DNA of 13,663 nucleotides from Promethearchaeota archaeon (GTDB lineage Archaea; Asgardarchaeota; Lokiarchaeia; Sigyniarchaeales; SOKP01): NCBI GenBank assembly GCA_016839745.1, contig JAEOTS010000159.1, positions 1 through 13,663 on the forward strand. The letters run 5' to 3'. Positions 1-7,255 of this stretch are shown here, piece after piece. A program made the position numbers and the translations under genes. The notes under the pieces were generated by a model, which worked only from the letters and a program-made list of their open reading frames with translations, was not told the origin of the DNA and did not search any database. Positions within the stretch are counted from its first letter, which is position 1. Each line of letters begins with the position of its first letter.

Positions 1-1225
1 CTTTAAATTCTTTTATCTTTAAATTTCCTAATTTATTTGCAAGAGTATTTGCACATTCATGGGCACAAACTAAACCTTCTAGTAAAGAGTTACTCGCTAA
101 TCGATTTGCACCATGCAATCCTGTACAAGTAGATTCTCCAATTACATACAGGTTTTTCACTTTGGTAGATCCATCAATTTTCGTTAATACACCCCCACAA
201 CAATAATGCGCTGCTGGAACAACAGGAATAGGTTCTTGAGTAATATCTATGTTAAAATTTTGGCAGGCGTCATATACTCCTGGAAAGTGACTTCTAATAA
301 AATCTGAACTCCTATATGAAGCTATATCTAAATAAACATAATCATCTCCTGATTTTTTAAGTTCAGCATCAATTGCTCTAGATACAATATCCCGTGGAGC
401 TAATTCTTTAGCGGGATGATATTCTTGCATAAACTCATGTCCGCTTATGTCTTTAAGAACAGCTCCCTCACCTCTCATGGCTTCGGTAATTAATAGTGAT
501 TTTGCATATGGATGATATAAGCATGTTGGATGAAATTGATAAAACTCCATGTTTGCAATTATAGCTCCTGCCCGGTAAGCCATAGCAATCCCATCTCCTG
601 ACGCCACATCAGGATTTGTTGTATAAAGATAAATTTTCCCTGCTCCACCCGTCGCCAAAACTGTTACTTTAGCTGCTATATTATGTATCTCCTCATTTTC
701 TTGATCTAGAACATAAGCTCCATCACACCTAAAATTAGCTGAAAACAAATTAATTGCACACCAATATTCCTTTATTTGAATATTATGGTGTCTTTTTACT
801 TCTTCAATCAGTTGCTTTTCTACATTCTGGCCTGTTAAATCATTGACGTGTAAGATTCTTCTTTCAGAATGACCCCCTTCCTTTCCCAGATCGTATTCAC
901 CATTCTCACCCCGGTTAAACTCAACTCCTAGATCAATTAACTCTTTTATCCTTTCTGGCGCTTGAGTTATAATTTTTCTAACAACCACTTCATTGCATAA
1001 TCCATCTCCTGCAATTAAGGTATCTTTAATATGGTTTTCAAAACTATCGTTTCCATTCCACACACAAGCAATACCTCCTTGAGCATAAAATGTATTAGAT
1101 TCTTTGAGGCTCTCCTTAGTAATTAAAAATATTTCTTGATCTGGTATTAATTTCGCTAGCTTTATTGCCAATGATAATCCGGAGATTCCACCTCCAATTA
1201 TTAAAATATCAGTTTTAATCTTCAA
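1..1225 (-). CDS. nadB: L-aspartate oxidase (NAD biosynthesis), partial; 3' end lies beyond the left edge of the window
   Basis: Translated by hand from TTG at 1225, preceded by GGAG: MKIKTDILIIGGGISGL (FAD GxGxxG), SNTFYAQGGIA, EGGHSERRILH, and near the edge GLHGANRLASNSLLEGLV. These are NadB motifs. Not in the ORF track because no stop lies in the window. Confidence 0.95.
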   Translation of the reverse strand, partial: MKIKTDILIIGGGISGLSLAIKLAKLIPDQEIFLITKESLKESNTFYAQGGIACVWNGNDSFENHIKDTLIAGDGLCNEVVVRKIITQAPERIKELIDLGVEFNRGENGEYDLGKEGGHSERRILHVNDLTGQNVEKQLIEEVKRHHNIQIKEYWCAINLFSANFRCDGAYVLDQENEEIHNIAAKVTVLATGGAGKIYLYTTNPDVASGDGIAMAYRAGAIIANMEFYQFHPTCLYHPYAKSLLITEAMRGEGAVLKDISGHEFMQEYHPAKELAPRDIVSRAIDAELKKSGDDYVYLDIASYRSSDFIRSHFPGVYDACQNFNIDITQEPIPVVPAAHYCCGGVLTKIDGSTKVKNLYVIGESTCTGLHGANRLASNSLLEGLVCAHECANTLANKLGNLKIKEFK

Positions 1226-1309
1226 AGAGCTCCAAAATTTCCTAATTATTATTATAAATATATTTTTAATATCCTTAATATAATTGACAATTAATAGTTT
1301 TTTCCTAAA
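1069..1309. repeat. Direct repeat copy 1 (nadB first 52 codons plus upstream region); partner at 13361..13603
   Basis: Manual alignment: 1069..1225 vs 13361..13517 gives 143/157 identical, ungapped. 1267..1309 vs 13561..13603 gives 39/43. The ~41-43 nt between the two blocks are diverged. Confidence 0.95.
1267..1309 (-). promoter_or_regulatory. Putative nadB promoter/operator block
   Basis: Conserved (39/43) between the repeat copies while the adjacent non-coding DNA has diverged. The minus strand reads AAAAAACTATTAAT (BRE/TATA-like). Contains the palindrome TAATTG-A-CAATTA (1281..1293). Confidence 0.5.
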
Positions 1310-1317
1310 TGATAAAT

Positions 1318-1446
1318 TTTTAATTCATTAATATGCTCTTGAACCATTTCAGCATTTTGCACTTGTTATAATTGGTTAAACAAATTTAAACTTTCTTCAA
1401 AATTAATCATAGCATTATGATAATCTCCAGATAATTCTTTTTCCAT
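1318..1446 (-). pseudogene. Remnant of the C-terminus of a tetratricopeptide-repeat (TPR) protein
   Basis: Minus frame reads MEKELSGDYHNAMINFEESLNLFNQL*QVQNAEMVQEHINELK. This matches the TPR pattern G-x-Y-x-x-A-x-x-x-F/Y-x-x-A/S-L plus a capping helix, with an in-frame TAA at 1366..1368. Confidence 0.5.
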
Positions 1447-1527
1447 AATATTTATTCCCTGAAATTCTCAATCCAAATTTATTGATGATTTACTTTTTTT
1501 TTAAAAAAGAATTAGCTTTTTTGGAAT

Positions 1528-1541
1528 AAAAAGCTTAAATA
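1528..1541 (+). promoter_or_regulatory. Archaeal BRE/TATA-like promoter upstream of kdgK
   Basis: AAAAAGC-TTAAATA about 80 nt upstream of the ATG at 1624. A similar AAAAAAGC-TTTATAAA precedes the DMT gene. The AT-rich background limits specificity. Confidence 0.4.
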
Positions 1542-1623
1542 TTTCAATATATCATCACAAATAATTAATTATTACAAAAAAAACCATAAATTCAAGATTA
1601 AAAAGCTCAGAGAGAGATTCATA

Positions 1624-2661
1624 ATGAGCGGAAAAGTTGTTACTTTTGGAGAAATAATGCTTAGACTTTCCCCCCCTAATTTTAAACGATTTATCCAAAC
1701 TCGTTCTTTTGATGTAATATATGGTGGAGGTGAAGCTAATGTTGCAGTATCATTGGCTAATTATGGAATTCCTGTTAATTATATAACTAAATTGCCGAAT
1801 AATGAAATCGGTGATGCTTGTATTCAATTCCTTAGACAATTTGGTGTGAATACGAAGAATATAGTGAGAGGAGGGAATAGAATTGGAATTTATTATCTCG
1901 AAATGGGATCTTCTATTCGACCAAGCAAAGTCATTTATGATAGAGCTAATTCTGCCATTTCAGAAGCGAATTCTCAAGATTTTAATTGGCACGAGATATT
2001 TAAAGGAGTAACCTGGTTTCATTGGACGGGTATTACACCAGCAATTTCTCAAAATTTAGCAAATATCTGTCGTGAAGCTGTAAAGGTGGCAAAAGAAAAA
2101 GATATCACAATTTCATGTGATCTAAATTACCGGAGTAAACTTTGGAAATATGGAAAAGAACCTAAAGATATTATGCCCGAATTAGTAAAGTTTTGTGATG
2201 TAGCGATAGGAAATGAAGAGGATGCTGAGAAAGTTTTAGGTATCAAAGCTCCAGATACAGATGTGACGACGGGAAAGTTAGATGCCGCAAATTTTAGATT
2301 TGTAGTTGAAGAAATTGTAAAGCAATATCCTAATCTGAAAAAAGTAGCAATAACTCTAAGGGGGTCAATTTCTGCTAGCAATAATACTTGGTCAGCAGTT
2401 CTCTACGATGGAATTAAAATGTATATTGGTCCTCAATATGAAATAACACCGATCGTTGATAGAGTAGGTGGAGGTGATTCTTTCATGGGAGGCTTAATTT
2501 ATGGATTACTCACATACAAAGAAGATCTTCAAAATGCACTTAACTTTGCTGTTGCTGCTTCCTGTCTAAAACATACGATCTTAGGCGATTTTAATTTAGT
2601 TTCGGTGGATGAAGTTCTTAAGTTAATGGATGGAGATAACTCTGGACGTGTTTCAAGATAA
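1624..2661 (+). CDS. kdgK: 2-dehydro-3-deoxygluconokinase (PfkB family sugar kinase)
   Basis: KVVTFGEIMLRLSPP, YGGGEANVAVSLA, YDRANSA, DLNYRSKLW, GNEED, DRVGGGDSF (PfkB catalytic motif) and the C-terminal GRVSR typical of long-form KdgK. eda lies in the same cluster. Confidence 0.9.
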   Translation: MSGKVVTFGEIMLRLSPPNFKRFIQTRSFDVIYGGGEANVAVSLANYGIPVNYITKLPNNEIGDACIQFLRQFGVNTKNIVRGGNRIGIYYLEMGSSIRPSKVIYDRANSAISEANSQDFNWHEIFKGVTWFHWTGITPAISQNLANICREAVKVAKEKDITISCDLNYRSKLWKYGKEPKDIMPELVKFCDVAIGNEEDAEKVLGIKAPDTDVTTGKLDAANFRFVVEEIVKQYPNLKKVAITLRGSISASNNTWSAVLYDGIKMYIGPQYEITPIVDRVGGGDSFMGGLIYGLLTYKEDLQNALNFAVAASCLKHTILGDFNLVSVDEVLKLMDGDNSGRVSR

Positions 2662-2674
2662 TTAATCCAAGAGG

Positions 2675-3493
2675 ATGAATAGGATAATGAATAAAAATCA
2701 AAAGTTAATTATTACTGCTACTACAGCAAATTCATGGATATATCCTGAAGTTAAGAATTGGCCACAGACAATTGATCAATTAGTCGATGATGTAGTGGCG
2801 TGTTATAAGGCTGGTGCTGCGATTGTCCATGTTCATCTCCCAAGGGGAGAAGAAGTTGAAACTGTGAGGCGTATACGGGAAAATTGTGATGTTCTTATCC
2901 AAGCTGGTATGTCGAGTGAATCAATCCCTAAAAGAAAAGGTGATTTTGATGCCAAACCAGATATGATGTCTGTTATATTAAATCACCATGCTGAACATTT
3001 TACTCAAGTAACTGTAGATGTTTTACATCCTTTAGAGGAATTAGAAGAATATTGTGTAAAATGTAAAGCAGCTAATATCCGACCAGAATGGGAAGTTTGG
3101 CAACATGGTTCCTATTGGAATTTAAATTATTTAATAGAAAAAGGATTATTAGAATGGGCAAAACCTCATATCTTAACATTATTTTTTAATTGGCCTGGTG
3201 GAACATGGAGTCCTGCTAATTTCGAAGAATATATGCATAGAAAGAGATATATACCACCTAATTCTGTCCATACAGTAAGTGTAATGGGTGAGGATCAAAT
3301 GAAACTTTTAGTCTTTGTTCTTACGCATGGTGGAAACATAAGAATTGGTACTGAAGATTATCCTTTTATAAGAAAAGGAGTAACAGCAAAAAATAATGCC
3401 GAAATTGTTAAGAATTATGTGAGTATTAGTAAATATCTAGGTCGTGAAACAGCAGATCCATCTGAAGCTCGTAAAATATTAGGTCTGAAATGA
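2675..3493 (+). CDS. Beta-keto acid cleavage enzyme (BKACE / DUF849 / Kce family)
   Basis: KLIITATTA, CYKAGAAIVHVH (Zn HxH), IRPEWEVW, GGNIRIGTED (third Zn ligand Glu), GRETADPSEARKILGL. The start may instead be the ATG at 2687. Confidence 0.9.
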   Translation: MNRIMNKNQKLIITATTANSWIYPEVKNWPQTIDQLVDDVVACYKAGAAIVHVHLPRGEEVETVRRIRENCDVLIQAGMSSESIPKRKGDFDAKPDMMSVILNHHAEHFTQVTVDVLHPLEELEEYCVKCKAANIRPEWEVWQHGSYWNLNYLIEKGLLEWAKPHILTLFFNWPGGTWSPANFEEYMHRKRYIPPNSVHTVSVMGEDQMKLLVFVLTHGGNIRIGTEDYPFIRKGVTAKNNAEIVKNYVSISKYLGRETADPSEARKILGLK

Positions 3494-3536
3494 TTTCTTT
3501 ATTCTAACTTATAATAAACTTTAAAAAAATAGGAAT

Positions 3537-3647
3537 TTGAAATTAAAAGATGAATTAGCCATAATAAAAGGAGCAGGACTAGGGGAATCTACTACTCTAC
3601 TATTTATTAAAAATGGAAAAAGGCAAAAAAGCTTTATAAACACTTAA
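3537..3647 (+). pseudogene. Truncated N-terminal remnant of a short-chain dehydrogenase (SDR)
   Basis: TTG-started 36-codon frame MKLKDELAIIKGAG--LGESTTLLFIKNGK aligns with the SDR at 10568 (MKLKGKVAIITGAGAGIGEATALLFAKEGAK). The glycine motif is damaged by a 2-codon deletion and similarity ends near 3620. Confidence 0.7.
3625..3640 (+). promoter_or_regulatory. Archaeal BRE/TATA-like promoter upstream of the DMT gene
   Basis: AAAAAAGC-TTTATAAA about 65 nt upstream of 3706. Confidence 0.45.
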
Positions 3648-3705
3648 CGCAAAGGTATTATTATCTTATCTTCATCTTATTTTAAACAAAAACTAAAAGA
3701 AGTGT

Positions 3706-4605
3706 TTGGAAAAAATGAATGGTTCATTTTATTTATTAGGTGTTTTCTTAGCTATCTTATCTGGAAGTATAAATAATATAGGTTTAGTGTTACAAAAAAA
3801 GGTAGTTAATGAAGTATCCCCTGAAGCAAAATTCTTTAGAAGTTTAGTGAAAAAGCCCCTTTGGATCACAGGGTTATTAATGGAGCTAGCAATAGGTTCA
3901 GTTTTTTTCATGATTGCTCAAATTTATATTGGTCCTGCCTTAATTCCAGGCTTGATGGCATTCGGTTTAATTTTTCTCGCTATAGGATCTGTTAAAATTG
4001 TGGGTGAAACTTTAAAAAAGGAAGAAATGATCGGAATTATTTTAATGATTATAGCGATCTTTTTATTAGGTCTTTCTGAACTAAGTATAGATATTGCTGG
4101 CATAAACATTTTAGCTATTGATCTTGTTCTAAACATGACAATCTTTACGATTGTTTTATTTTTAGGTTCCTTGGTATGTGAGATTTTACAGAGAAAAGTT
4201 GAAAAATTAAAAGGAATATTATTAGCAATATCCTCAGGATTCCAATTTTCCTTAACTAATTTTTGGATCGCACCTCTAATGGCGGTAATTGCTCATGTTT
4301 TTGGAGGAAATGCTACTTTAAGCGAATTTTTCTTATTTCTAGCTTGTGCAGTTATTTTAATTGTAGCAAGTATCCTAGGGATAATGAAAATTTCACAATC
4401 ATTTCGAGTAGCCAACGCTAGTCGAATGATTCCTATTCAACAAGTACCTATACAAGTTACACCAATAATAGCATACTTTTTTGTTTTTACGCTAACGCCT
4501 CCTACAATCTTTCCTATCATTTATGTGATTTTTGGGGTTTCTTTAATCCTATTAAGCTCGTTTCTGCTAGCAAAAAGGCAAGCACAATTAGAAGCTATAA
4601 AGTAA
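3706..4605 (+). CDS. DMT-superfamily (NIPA-like) multi-pass membrane transporter
   Basis: About 9 hydrophobic segments. N-terminal GVFLAILSGSINNIGLVLQKK and KKPLWITGLLM...GPALIPGL resemble NIPA/DMT proteins. Start is TTG 3706 or ATG 3715. Substrate unknown. Confidence 0.7.
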   Translation: MEKMNGSFYLLGVFLAILSGSINNIGLVLQKKVVNEVSPEAKFFRSLVKKPLWITGLLMELAIGSVFFMIAQIYIGPALIPGLMAFGLIFLAIGSVKIVGETLKKEEMIGIILMIIAIFLLGLSELSIDIAGINILAIDLVLNMTIFTIVLFLGSLVCEILQRKVEKLKGILLAISSGFQFSLTNFWIAPLMAVIAHVFGGNATLSEFFLFLACAVILIVASILGIMKISQSFRVANASRMIPIQQVPIQVTPIIAYFFVFTLTPPTIFPIIYVIFGVSLILLSSFLLAKRQAQLEAIK

Positions 4606-4615
4606 GGTCATAAAA

Positions 4616-5410
4616 GTGGCAAAAATAATATTCTTCCAACCACATCCGGACGACTTAGAAATAAACTGTGGGCATCTTATCCATTACCTTGCAATAAAAA
4701 GTAAAAATAACCATATTATTAAGATCGCTTCAATCACTAAAGGTGAATATGGCCTTCCTAGTGCTCAATATGATAAATTTAAAGGTGATTTGCTTGCAAA
4801 AGTCAGAACACGAGAATTGTACAATGCTCAAAGCATTCACGGAATACCTCCAGAAAATATACACTTTTTTGGATATGTTGATGGTTTAATAGAATTTACC
4901 AGAGATTTTGTAGAAGAGATTGCTGAATATTTGAAGAAGGAAAAACCTGATGTAATTTTCGCACCAGAAGCAATTTATACGTCTTATTACCACATGGATC
5001 ATGTAAATACAGGTAGGGCAATATATTACTGTATTCACAACAAATTAATCAACTTTGCTCCAACACTTTATTTTTACTCAACTTTAAGCCCAAATTTTTT
5101 CTTCGGTTTTAAGAAAGAAGGTTTTAATTTAATCGATCAACTACTAGCTTGCCATAAAACACAATTTTGGCTTATTAATTACGTAAAATGGACTTATAAA
5201 CCAAAAACACGATTAGCAGGAAGAAAATTAAGAGGTTGGAAATATGCCGAGAAATATCGAAGAGTTTATTTTCATAAAAATAATGAAAATAAGAATAAAC
5301 CATCATTGATCGTTAAAATGTTAAGCCATTGGTATTCGAGCATGCCTTGGTTTAAAGCTAAATACCCACAAGATGTGTTAGAACAGCTTAAAAAAAAAGG
5401 AAAAATCTAA
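4616..5410 (+). CDS. PIG-L/LmbE-family metal-dependent de-N-acetylase
   Basis: FFQPHPDDLE (PHxDD), TKGEYG, RTREL, KPDVIFAP, HMDH (HxDH), CHKTQF, YAEKY. GTG start 10 nt after the DMT stop. Confidence 0.9.
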   Translation: MAKIIFFQPHPDDLEINCGHLIHYLAIKSKNNHIIKIASITKGEYGLPSAQYDKFKGDLLAKVRTRELYNAQSIHGIPPENIHFFGYVDGLIEFTRDFVEEIAEYLKKEKPDVIFAPEAIYTSYYHMDHVNTGRAIYYCIHNKLINFAPTLYFYSTLSPNFFFGFKKEGFNLIDQLLACHKTQFWLINYVKWTYKPKTRLAGRKLRGWKYAEKYRRVYFHKNNENKNKPSLIVKMLSHWYSSMPWFKAKYPQDVLEQLKKKGKI

Positions 5411-5560
5411 TTATTTAGGAAAAATATTAATAATGTTTTTAGTGAAATTAAGTATAATAAAACTATATATAGAACAAAAGCAAAATAACCTCAATATATA
5501 ACAAAGAATTAAATTATTAATTTGATAATTTAACAACTAAAAGAAAAGAGGTGTATTTTA

Positions 5561-5902
5561 TTGGCGACTCCTGAAGAAATTAAAGAAGCCTTAAATAAAT
5601 GGGTAAAAGTTTTAGACGATCCTGAGATTGCGGATGAATTTGAAGGATTTAATAAAACCATGCAATTTGAATTTTCAGACTTAAATTATAAAATAAAAAT
5701 GATTTTTGAAAATAAAACAGCAAGATTAGAGGAAGGTTTTGATGAAAATGCTGAAATGGGTTTAGAAATTAATTCTGCTCTTTTTGTAGGAATTGCTACC
5801 GGTGAAGTTGATCCAATGGAAGCGTTTATGGAAGGAGAACTTAAAACTAAGGGCGATATGAACTCATTACAGAAATTAGAAGTCTTCATGGATATTGAAT
5901 AG
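5561..5902 (+). CDS. Stand-alone SCP2 sterol/lipid-binding domain protein
   Basis: LFVGIATGEVDPMEAFMEGELKTKGDMNSLQKL is the typical SCP2 C-terminal motif. TTG start with a GAGGTG RBS 7 nt upstream. Confidence 0.9.
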   Translation: MATPEEIKEALNKWVKVLDDPEIADEFEGFNKTMQFEFSDLNYKIKMIFENKTARLEEGFDENAEMGLEINSALFVGIATGEVDPMEAFMEGELKTKGDMNSLQKLEVFMDIE

Positions 5903-5918
5903 CGAAGTTTATTAAGGA

Positions 5919-5946
5919 TTTTTTTCAAATACTGTTTTTTTTGTTT
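5919..5946 (+). terminator. Possible archaeal oligo-T terminator after SCP2
   Basis: Two runs of 7-8 T within ~45 nt of the stop codon. Confidence 0.3.
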
Positions 5947-6071
5947 GGGAAAATAAGAAGATTTGAAAGAGATAATATGAATTAATTTAAAAATCAAAAA
6001 TTTAGGAATATTGAAAATAAGTATTTTTATAAGAAAAAATATAAAAAAAATTTATTCTGGTATGATGAGAA

Positions 6072-7196
6072 ATGGAACCAATTGGTTTTAATAAAGAAAG
6101 AACACGCAATGTTTTAGAAAAGCACGATATAGATGTGCTAATTGCATCTACTCCCGTAAATGTTTTTTACTTAACTGGTTTACCAACATTACATGTAGCT
6201 CCAAATCCTATTTTATATGTTTTATATAATCAATACCCTAGTTTGTCTTTAGTACGGAGAGACGGTGAGGAAAGTCTGATAACGTGGATTACTTTTCGTA
6301 GCGTAGATAAATTTTCATGGGTAAGTGATATTCATGGAATAGTATCTCCTAAAGGTGCTATGGTATCAGTATCTGATAAGATTGAAGAATGGGGTTTATC
6401 AAATAGAAAGATAGGATATGAGTCTCTTATGCCTTCTTATCAATCTGAATATCTAAGGATTAGATTTCCAAGTGCTACATTTATCAATGGCGATCAAGCT
6501 TTTTTAGATATGCGTTTAATTAAATCTGAAGAGGAGGTAAAACGAATAAAAAAATCAACAGAAATTTCTGAAAAAGCTATAATGAAGATGATTGAAGCAT
6601 CTTATGAAGGAATTACTGATTTAGAATTATTACAAATCGCTCGGAGAACAATCGTTAATGAAGGTGCAGAAGGATGGGATCATTTAACAATGAATTTGGG
6701 ACCATCCGATCCTGAAGCACCAGGAGTAGGAACTATTCTGAAAGCAGGAGATCTTAATAGATTTGACATTGGAACTATTTGGAAAGGATATGTCTCAGAT
6801 ATTAGTCGAGAGTTAGTGATAGGACAGATACCTGAAGGAGCTGAGGAAGTTATGAATAGATTGATAAAAGTTCAAGAATTCTGTGAAGAGAATATTCACC
6901 CTGATTTAAATATGAAAGAATTGTATAATAATGCTATTAAATTTCATAAATCTTTAACAAAGAAGGGGAGAGCCTTTGTAACGGGTCATAGCATCGGGCT
7001 AGAATGTGAGGAAACTCATTTATTTAGCCCAATGAAAAAGTTAGATAGGCCTTTTGAAGAGAACATGGTTCTTGATATTGAGGTCTGGCAGAATTTTAAA
7101 AATCAAGGATTAGTAGGCATTGAAGATTGTTATAGAATAACTAATAATGGGTGTGAGAGGCTCTCAAGTTTAGATAAGAATATTTTTGTTAAATGA
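6072..7196 (+). CDS. M24 (Xaa-Pro peptidase/creatinase-fold) metallohydrolase, divergent
   Basis: Creatinase-like N domain (NVFYLTG) and MRLIKSEEE linker. Metal ligands: FDIG (D), SDISR (D), GHSIG (H), DIEV (E), GIED (E). Confidence 0.85.
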   Translation: MEPIGFNKERTRNVLEKHDIDVLIASTPVNVFYLTGLPTLHVAPNPILYVLYNQYPSLSLVRRDGEESLITWITFRSVDKFSWVSDIHGIVSPKGAMVSVSDKIEEWGLSNRKIGYESLMPSYQSEYLRIRFPSATFINGDQAFLDMRLIKSEEEVKRIKKSTEISEKAIMKMIEASYEGITDLELLQIARRTIVNEGAEGWDHLTMNLGPSDPEAPGVGTILKAGDLNRFDIGTIWKGYVSDISRELVIGQIPEGAEEVMNRLIKVQEFCEENIHPDLNMKELYNNAIKFHKSLTKKGRAFVTGHSIGLECEETHLFSPMKKLDRPFEENMVLDIEVWQNFKNQGLVGIEDCYRITNNGCERLSSLDKNIFVK

Positions 7197-7255
7197 AAAG
7201 AAAACCTTAAAGCCATAACCTATATTAATTAATAAAATTATTGGAGTATAATTAA

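Noticed and set aside
2127-2381. 84-aa minus-strand ORF
   Set aside because: Antisense shadow wholly inside kdgK; no recognisable motifs.
3729-4136. Two short minus-strand ORFs (3729..3911, 3924..4136)
   Set aside because: Antisense to the hydrophobic DMT gene; the Ile/Lys/Asn-rich composition is typical of shadow frames.
5686-5997. 103-aa minus-strand ORF
   Set aside because: Overlaps SCP2 in antisense and runs into AT-rich intergenic DNA; no motif.
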